The translations under genes and the position numbers were made by a program. Under the pieces are notes generated by a model that saw only the letters and a program-made list of their open reading frames with translations, was not told the origin of the DNA and did not search any database. Below, one piece after another: positions 28,045-34,232 of a DNA stretch of 34,232 nucleotides. Location of the stretch: IMG/VR virus record IMGVR_UViG_3300020048_000069; one strand, given 5' to 3'. This stretch comes from an uncultured virus (IMG/VR IMGVR_UViG_3300020048_000069). Taxonomy: Duplodnaviria; Heunggongvirae; Uroviricota; Caudoviricetes. Numbering within the stretch: the first letter of the stretch is position 1; every line of letters starts with the position of its first letter.

Positions 28045-29058
28045 ATGATTTATAAATGTCCAGACACAATTGAAGAATTTGATAAACAGTTAGAACAGCT
28101 TCAATTCTGTAAAAAAGAACTTTACAACCAAGCAAAGTCCAGAATTGAATCCGGTGTCGCAAAGAGTGTCAGCGAAGCGTCAAGGCAGTTGGCGGAAGAA
28201 ACTGGAAGAAGTGCGGCGACGATCAGAGACGCAATAATCAGAGAAGATAAAAATAAAGGTGTGGGACTTCCACACCTCTCAGGAACTAATAAATATCAAC
28301 CAGTTACACCAAACTTGAATAATCTTGAATTATCACACGGTGGCGCTCGCATTGGTGCAGGCAGACCATCTGTATCATCAGAAAAATTAACACAAGAAAA
28401 AGTTGAAGAAGTTTTTGAAAGCCAGCCTTCTTTATTCGAAATCGAAGAAATCCAATTGTCAATCATACCAGAACCAGAGATTGAAATAGCAGTCGATTTA
28501 ATCGACGAACACCCGGAAGCCGCTACGGCAATTATTATCAAACATAACCACCGAGCAATCGGCACCGGCGAAAACGAATGGTACACGCCAATCGAATACA
28601 TCCAAGCCGTTAAAAAAGTTTTCAGCGAAATTGATCTTGATCCTGCATCCAGTGAACAAGCGCAAGAAACTGTTATGGCTAAATCATTTTTTACAATCAA
28701 TGATAATGGACTCTCAAAAACATGGAACGGCAAAATATTTCTTAATCCACCGTACACACAACCTGACATTAAGAATTTCATACAAAAAGCAGTTGATGAA
28801 TATTCATCCGGCAATATTCAGGAAGCAATCATTTTAACTCACAATTATACCGATACGAGTTGGTTTCATTCTGCTGCTTCTAAATGTTCTGCAATTTGTT
28901 TCACTCGGGGGAGAATTGGCTTTTTAAGTCCAGAAGGTAAGAAAGCCGCTCCAACTCAAGGCCAAGCATTTTTTTACTTCGGAGATACACCAGATAAATT
29001 CGTAAATGTTTTTGCTGATTATGGACAAATATTCACACCTAAAACTCCAGGATATTAA
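28045..29058 (+). CDS. Phage N6-adenine DNA methyltransferase (phage Dam-like family) with N-terminal extension
   Basis: NEWYTP, DLDPAS, GL...W.G.IFLNPPY, GRI.F; GGAGG SD; HGGARIGAGRP motif. Confidence 0.88.
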   Translation: MIYKCPDTIEEFDKQLEQLQFCKKELYNQAKSRIESGVAKSVSEASRQLAEETGRSAATIRDAIIREDKNKGVGLPHLSGTNKYQPVTPNLNNLELSHGGARIGAGRPSVSSEKLTQEKVEEVFESQPSLFEIEEIQLSIIPEPEIEIAVDLIDEHPEAATAIIIKHNHRAIGTGENEWYTPIEYIQAVKKVFSEIDLDPASSEQAQETVMAKSFFTINDNGLSKTWNGKIFLNPPYTQPDIKNFIQKAVDEYSSGNIQEAIILTHNYTDTSWFHSAASKCSAICFTRGRIGFLSPEGKKAAPTQGQAFFYFGDTPDKFVNVFADYGQIFTPKTPGY

Positions 29059-29594
29059 TGAGTTTTGAAGTTCAATTAAAAGTCGGTAAAACCGGTGAGA
29101 GTATTTTGGCAAAATGGTTTATCAACAAAGGCTTTAACATTTTGCCAATTTACGAAAAAATAGTTAACGAATTTAAAGGCCCGACACTGTTCACCGCAGA
29201 TAAAAAAGAACTGATTTGTCCTGATATGCTTGTCTTTAAAAAAGAAATATATTTCTGGGTTGAAGTTAAATACAAAACAGCTTTTACCTGGCATCGAAAT
29301 TCAAAACAATGGGTGACTGGAATCGACATTAAACACTATGAACATTATCTCGAATTATCCAAATTAACACCTAAATGGCCTATCTGTATTATGTTTTTAC
29401 AAGAGGACGGTAAAGCTAAGGACACACCCATTGGATTAATATCACCCAACGGATTGTATGGTGGTGAACTTTCGTTTCTTTCAAGACATGAACATCATCG
29501 ACATGGGAATTGGGGTAAAAAAGGTATGGTTTATTGGGATTCTGAAACATTGGGTAAATATGAAGATTTGAATCAAATGAGGCAAATTAAATGA
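29058..29594 (+). CDS. PD-(D/E)XK nuclease
   Basis: G..GE..PDML..WVEVK; TAATG coupling to the MTase. Confidence 0.7.
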   Translation: MSFEVQLKVGKTGESILAKWFINKGFNILPIYEKIVNEFKGPTLFTADKKELICPDMLVFKKEIYFWVEVKYKTAFTWHRNSKQWVTGIDIKHYEHYLELSKLTPKWPICIMFLQEDGKAKDTPIGLISPNGLYGGELSFLSRHEHHRHGNWGKKGMVYWDSETLGKYEDLNQMRQIK

Positions 29595-29897
29595 TTTACT
29601 ACGATCATGAACACGAACAATGGCTTGACTCACAAAACCCATCGTTTTTAGTCTTTATGTCGGCAAAGGATGTCACAGAACCAGAAATATCGTTCGATGA
29701 CTTTGAAACTTTCTACCACTACTATCGATCCAAGGACAACAAATGAACAAGATCAAATCATTCAAAGAACTTGAGTACGAAAGGTGGTTTGAGAAAGCTA
29801 AAAACTGTCCACTTCGGTTGACATCTTTGAAGTGCATTCTTCATGGCATTGATCATTGCTCGATTGAAACGTGTCCATTACATTATTGGACTAAAGT

Positions 29898-30116
29898 ATG
29901 AAAAAATCACTCAAGGCCGTTGTAATCGTCCTGGCTGCATTTTTTCTTTTCATTGCGCCTATACATGACGCAATGCTCCAGTCACCGCCTATAGAGCTTT
30001 ACACGCTGCTTGAGGTGGATAATGACAACGATGCAGACGGCAGTGAAACGTGCAGCGAGTTTGTCTGCACTACATTTGAAAAAATGCTGCTTATTCGGGA
30101 TGAACCAAAACCGTAA
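29898..30116 (+). CDS. Small exported/membrane-anchored protein
   Basis: MKK + hydrophobic stretch (signal-peptide-like). Confidence 0.5.
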   Translation: MKKSLKAVVIVLAAFFLFIAPIHDAMLQSPPIELYTLLEVDNDNDADGSETCSEFVCTTFEKMLLIRDEPKP

Positions 30117-30134
30117 CAATAGAAAGGAAAAAAA

Positions 30135-30485
30135 ATGAACATTCTCACAACATTGGCTGAAAAAATATCATCAATCGAATCACTCGGAATTTTTATAGAG
30201 GAAGTCAGAATTACGGACAGGTATCATTTAAACGATGAAAATCCAATGACACTGACTGGCACACCGCGTCCAGCCGGCGAGTATTTTATGGCATCTCTCG
30301 ACGTGCTGATTGTAGTCGATCAATCGAAAGAAGAATCCGTGTTGTTTGAACAACTTAGAAATTATCCTACCGTACAGGATGTGTGTGGTTGTAAAAAAAT
30401 TGCTGACACGGATATCGGGACAATCGTTCGCATAGATACTGTGGTGAAAAAGGCTGTGAAGAAGGTATCCAAAAAAGGCAAATAA
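30135..30485 (+). CDS. Hypothetical protein
   Basis: AAGGA SD; Lys-rich tail. Confidence 0.6.
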   Translation: MNILTTLAEKISSIESLGIFIEEVRITDRYHLNDENPMTLTGTPRPAGEYFMASLDVLIVVDQSKEESVLFEQLRNYPTVQDVCGCKKIADTDIGTIVRIDTVVKKAVKKVSKKGK

Positions 30486-30676
30486 TGGCAATTATCAAAT
30501 GTCCAGTCTGTGAGACTGATATCGATCTATGCGTATCTGTTGCATCACAAAAAGAAAAATCTCAGACACCAACAGATATCAACAGATTCCTCGAATGGAA
30601 TAATAGCATAAATGGCAGTATCCCGAGTTATTGGGACTGCTGGCAGGCTGCAATCTCAACGGTGCAAAATGATTGA
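30485..30676 (+). CDS. Hypothetical protein
   Basis: TAATG coupling; CPVC; F.EW..WQAA. Confidence 0.55.
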   Translation: MAIIKCPVCETDIDLCVSVASQKEKSQTPTDINRFLEWNNSINGSIPSYWDCWQAAISTVQND

Positions 30677-30875
30677 TTCTAACGAAAAAGCTATTCTCAA
30701 ACGGCTTAGGTTACTCGAAATGGATCATCCTCCAGAAGGTTGGTCGGCAATTCAGATGAAGTATTTAACACTGTTGCTGAATATCATCGAAAGAGAAGAA
30801 GCAATATCTCTCGATAGAAAAACCAGAATCCGGCAACTTCAATCTGATATCAGAGAGCAGCGATCCTTCTTCTGA
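30669..30875 (+). CDS. Hypothetical protein
   Basis: ATG 30669 overlaps the previous stop. Confidence 0.5.
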   Translation: MIDSNEKAILKRLRLLEMDHPPEGWSAIQMKYLTLLLNIIEREEAISLDRKTRIRQLQSDIREQRSFF

Positions 30876-31223
30876 TGGAAATTTTACAGTGCGGATATTC
30901 GTGCAGAATATGCAGGCAATATCACTCAAATCATATATATTAACACGCAGTTAGTCTTTCCAGAAACTTGCGGAAATCAGAGGTATTTACAGTGCGGACA
31001 GAATCGGAACTATTTGACGAATGGTGGGAAAAGTATTTTTTTCATTCTCAAAAAAATATAGCGCTTGCAGCATGGCGGGATTTGATACGGATGTTGCAAT
31101 CAGGTTGCCTCATACCAGATAGCGAATACCATCCAAACCAAACACTGGAAGATTGATGTTTGCTCATCAGATGGAATTGTCAAAAGCATGTTTACATATC
31201 ATAACAGAAGGGGAAAAAACGCA

Positions 31224-31382
31224 ATGACAAAATTTGAAGAGTGGCTCGAAAATGAAAAAGAATTTGTGCTGAAAACTGAGAGAGAAAGACAACTAGCCAA
31301 GGCAAGCTGGGACGCGGCTTTGACTATGATTTACAATCTAATTGACACGGTAACCATAAAGAAAGGAATGGAAAATGAATAA
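31224..31382 (+). CDS. Hypothetical protein
   Basis: FEEW..A...WDAA; overlaps the HU start. Confidence 0.45.
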   Translation: MTKFEEWLENEKEFVLKTERERQLAKASWDAALTMIYNLIDTVTIKKGMENE

Positions 31383-31635
31383 AACAGAATTGATAACAAC
31401 GATTGCTGAAAAGACGAAAGTCACTAAATCCATCGTATCAGATGTTGTTGAAATAATGTTCTCTACGTTGATCGAACAAGATAGAGTTTCTATCAAAGAG
31501 TTTGGAGTTTTTAACTGGAAAACCAGGCCGGCAAGGAAAGGCCGGAATCCTCACACAGGCTCAACAATTGATATACCAGAAACAAAAACCCTAACTTTCA
31601 AGGCTGCATCTGGACTGAAAACCTATGCAGACTGA
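31375..31635 (+). CDS. hup: HU-family histone-like DNA-binding protein
   Basis: MNKTELI..IAEK..FGVF..R.ARKGRNP.TG..I.IP..FK. Confidence 0.92.
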   Translation: MNKTELITTIAEKTKVTKSIVSDVVEIMFSTLIEQDRVSIKEFGVFNWKTRPARKGRNPHTGSTIDIPETKTLTFKAASGLKTYAD

Positions 31636-31834
31636 TATCTTATTCGACATCTGTAAGGCGGCTTGCATTGGCTATACTACCGATTTTGCTTACCTGGTAG
31701 ATAAGATCAAAAATTTACGGATTGGCAGTATCCGATATGATAAGGTTCGCCATCTGAACGCAAGGCAATTCGATGATATTTTTAAATGCAACGTACAAGG
31801 TCGTAAGTTCGATGATCTGATTGATGAAATGTGA
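31625..31834 (+). CDS. Hypothetical protein
   Basis: Overlaps the HU end. Confidence 0.5.
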   Translation: MQTDILFDICKAACIGYTTDFAYLVDKIKNLRIGSIRYDKVRHLNARQFDDIFKCNVQGRKFDDLIDEM

Positions 31835-31975
31835 AAAAAGGGAGGTGATTACTATGGCAAAAAAAGCTGAAAAACCAGTTAAGAAGGGTGGTAAACCGAA
31901 GGGGAAGCCAAAACCTTGTTGATCGCAACCAAAGCAGCCATGATGTTTTTAATGGCTGCTTTAAAAGGATAAAAC

Positions 31976-32329
31976 ATGACAACCAAGTTATCTGGATTCC
32001 AACGTTACATCGGTACCTGGGGACAAAATACGTTTCCAGAATCTACTCTATCTGGCCAAATGGCGCATCTTGATTTGGAGATATGCGAAGTTCAAGAAGC
32101 TGCAACCAATTATTTTAACAATCCAACGCTGGACAACAAAAAAGAATTTCAAGCCGAGATAGCCGATGTTTTCATTCTTCTTCTTGGGATTGCACACAGA
32201 ATGGATTTTGATCTCATGCTTGTTGCAGCAGACAAGTTCCGGGTAATCCGATCTCGAAAATGGCTACCTGCTAATCCTGATGGCGTCTATCGCCACATCG
32301 AACCAGCCAAGGACACCGTGGCATCATAA
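31976..32329 (+). CDS. MazG-like (DUF550-type) nucleotide pyrophosphohydrolase
   Basis: W...TF..HL..E..E..EIAD..IL..K...R.W...G..RH. Confidence 0.75.
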   Translation: MTTKLSGFQRYIGTWGQNTFPESTLSGQMAHLDLEICEVQEAATNYFNNPTLDNKKEFQAEIADVFILLLGIAHRMDFDLMLVAADKFRVIRSRKWLPANPDGVYRHIEPAKDTVAS

Positions 32330-32437
32330 TAACGGGTTCAGGCCAAGGGTTTTTTTCTGTTGTGTTTCCCCTTTCAAGTGGCGTTGACCCGGACTACTGC
32401 GCCGCAACCGGGTTTCTTTTTAATCTCTAAAAAGGAA

Positions 32438-32725
32438 ATGACTTTGGAAAATCAAACAAAATATCATATAGCGGCAGAAAAGATCGCAGACATGATAAAT
32501 GAAAAACAATCGGCATACGGGGATAGCTTCGGACAATCAGGAAAAGTGCTGGAGCTTCTATACCCAAGCGGTGTGCTGGTGGCGCAATACCAGGACATGC
32601 TCTGTATGATCCGGATCATCGACAAACTGTTCAGGATTGCAAACGATAAAAATGCTTTTTCTGAAAGTCCTTATGCAGATTTAGCAGGATATTCACTGCT
32701 TGGATTGTGCAGTCAGAAGGATTAA
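32438..32725 (+). CDS. DUF1599-like all-alpha nucleotide-modification-associated protein
   Basis: K...YGDSF..RI.DKL.RI..ES...DLAGY. Confidence 0.65.
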   Translation: MTLENQTKYHIAAEKIADMINEKQSAYGDSFGQSGKVLELLYPSGVLVAQYQDMLCMIRIIDKLFRIANDKNAFSESPYADLAGYSLLGLCSQKD

Positions 32726-32941
32726 CGCCAATGGACGTGCGGATCACCCAAGACATTCACTATACGCATAACAGGCAGTCGGAGCCTATTTTCGTTATGA
32801 CATTTAACAGGGGACGAGTTTCAATTCATCGTCCATGGATTGCACTATCCCGGAGTTGATTGCAATCAAAAATGCAATAGATTGTTTTCTCTATGAACAA
32901 GATAAAAATTAAACCAGTATCCTCAAAGGAGGGTGTAACAA

Positions 32942-33943
32942 ATGCAACAAATTAAAGCCAATGACGATGTAATCAACAACCTGAATTTCTCTCTCAAAAC
33001 CTATGACGCAATTACTAAAACTGTTGTCATGACGAAAAACCGGCTGGCACACATGAATTCCGAAGAGAAACCAGGAAACAATCAGTTTATAAAGAACATG
33101 GAATCTCTTCAAGGACAATTGACGCGAGCGACCTTGCGCGAATTGGAGTACTGGCCTATCTGGACAGAATGGCTCAAAGGTGTTCCTGGTATCGGGCCGG
33201 GGATCGCCGGGAATCTGATCCTGCTTTATTACTACCGATTCATCGCTGTCTGTAAGGATTGCGGTTCAGATGTTATCAAGAAAGAATCTGAACCCAAAAA
33301 GAATAAAAATGGCAAAGCTCCGGTAATAAAGCTGGATGAGAACGGCGAAGAGAAAAAAGTCATGACGTTTTTCTGTCCAACTTGCAACAAGAGCATCAAA
33401 GGCGAAGGTGTTCTGAAACATCGAATTGATAAAACCACAAAGGATTTCTCGAACGTTTCCAAGTGGTGGGCTTATCTTGGCCAATCTGTGGTTGATGGCA
33501 AAATGCCGAAGAGACAGACCGGGGTAGTTTCAAACTGGTCTGCGAAAGGCAGGCAAACAGCGTATATGATCGGCATTTCGTTTGAACACCAGAAGGATAC
33601 CAGTGGCAACCCATATCGAGAATTTTATGATGCGACAAAAAAGAAGTTACAGGCCGTATATCCAGAAAAAACCGACGGCCATAGACGGGATATGTCGAAG
33701 ATGCGAACAGCTAAGTTCTTTCTGTCTCATTTCTGGCATGTGGCGCGGGAGCTGGAAGATAAAAGCACACGAGGCATTTATAGCGATGTGATTCTGGCGC
33801 ATACCGGCATTATCCCGCCGTATTACTGGAAGAATGATGTACATGTGCCTGTTATTGAAGAGGAAGCGCCGGTAGTTGAAACGAAGAGACGGATAGCTGC
33901 TGCGAAGAAAGCGGCTAAGTTGTTGGCTGCAAGCAAGGTTTAG
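32942..33943 (+). CDS. Tas-like (TasA-type) IS110/Nop-related RNA-binding protein, no nuclease domain, Zn-ribbon insertion
   Basis: AAGGAGG SD; coiled coil, WLKGVPGIGP HhH, F.NVSKWWAYLG..DG..PKR..G..NW, YR.FYD..K, GH...R..K.FL.H.W; directly followed by the dual-repeat array. Confidence 0.8.
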   Translation: MQQIKANDDVINNLNFSLKTYDAITKTVVMTKNRLAHMNSEEKPGNNQFIKNMESLQGQLTRATLRELEYWPIWTEWLKGVPGIGPGIAGNLILLYYYRFIAVCKDCGSDVIKKESEPKKNKNGKAPVIKLDENGEEKKVMTFFCPTCNKSIKGEGVLKHRIDKTTKDFSNVSKWWAYLGQSVVDGKMPKRQTGVVSNWSAKGRQTAYMIGISFEHQKDTSGNPYREFYDATKKKLQAVYPEKTDGHRRDMSKMRTAKFFLSHFWHVARELEDKSTRGIYSDVILAHTGIIPPYYWKNDVHVPVIEEEAPVVETKRRIAAAKKAAKLLAASKV

Positions 33944-33980
33944 TAGGATAGCAAGAGTTTGTTCTTTGAAAATTGATAAG

Positions 33981-34232
33981 TGCAAGACCGATATAATAAT
34001 GAAACCCACGCAGCATGTGCAAGACCATGAATGAATTGAAACCCAGTGAACCAATGCAAGACCACTTTGATTTTGAAATCCAGTGGGGAAATGCAAGACC
34101 AGAACCTCAATGAAACCCACATCGGCTATGCAAGACCACTCTTCTTCTGAAACCCATTTGTCCTGTGCAAGACCATCGCAAGTTTGAAACCCATTGATAT
34201 TGTGCAAGACCATGATTGCATTGAAACCCACG
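33981..34232 (+). repeat. TIGR-like dual-repeat guide-RNA array, 37-bp unit TGCAAGACCA-N9-TGAAACCCA-N9, at least 7 units, truncated by the window end
   Basis: 10-mer at 33981, 34018, 34055, 34092, 34129, 34166, 34203; 9-mer at 34000, 34037, 34074, 34111, 34148, 34185, 34222; 13 complete spacers, all different and all exactly 9 nt. Confidence 0.92.

Larger units (their letters stand above)
1..34232. mobile_element. Temperate tailed phage genome segment (tail fibre - lysis - attP/int - early left - cI/cro - replication - accessory)
   Basis: Lambdoid gene order and strand switches; integrase next to a tRNA fragment with phage late genes on the other side; no host housekeeping genes. Confidence 0.95.

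Noticed and set aside
32942..33943. Ordinary IS110 transposase or IS element
   Set aside because: No N-terminal DEDD RuvC domain and no clear catalytic SG motif; intact ORF with strong SD inside a phage operon, followed by an array.
34046..34091. Spacers GTGAACCAA and GTGGGGAAA resemble parts of type I-E CRISPR repeats
   Set aside because: Partial 9-nt similarity only; the intervening spacer does not fit.
33647..34231. 194-aa minus-strand ORF (and 33940..34122) across the array
   Set aside because: The 37-bp period is not a multiple of 3, the translation is not repetitive, and it overlaps the Tas-like gene antisense; likely chance.
33981..34232. CRISPR array (TTGAAAC resembles CRISPR repeat ends)
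   Set aside because: Two alternating 9-10-nt repeats with 9-nt spacers do not fit CRISPR geometry; no cas operon in the window.
1..34232. Genome-wide TAG recoding
   Set aside because: Only one gene is convincingly split by TAG; long genes are intact in the standard code and several end plausibly at TAG.

Overview
The whole window is part of a temperate dsDNA tailed-phage genome, apparently in the excised (attP) configuration. Left to right: the end of the tail-fibre region, a lysis region (GH108 endolysin, holin-like proteins), attP (3' half of a tRNA-Val(GAC) plus 10-bp arm-type repeats), and a tyrosine integrase. Next is a leftward early operon: DUF1566 pair, Cas4-like nuclease, ParB-methyltransferase, SF2 helicase, DUF669 SSB, Sak4-like ATPase, HNH and a Csx3-like protein. 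A cI/cro switch follows, then a rightward operon with two more methyltransferases, a primase-polymerase and iteron-rich origin, HNH, HU and MazG-like enzymes. The standout is at the right edge. A 333-aa nuclease-less IS110/Nop-like RNA-binding protein with a Zn-ribbon insertion (32942-33943) is followed directly by a strictly periodic 37-bp dual-repeat array, TGCAAGACCA-N9-TGAAACCCA-N9, with at least 7 units, cut off by the window end. This has the architecture of a TIGR-Tas-type RNA-guided system. Also notable: a candidate phage Csx3/Crn3-like ring nuclease, a stand-alone NrdD glycyl-radical domain, and three methyltransferase+nuclease-like gene pairs. All family calls come from motif recognition by eye; no database searches were run.
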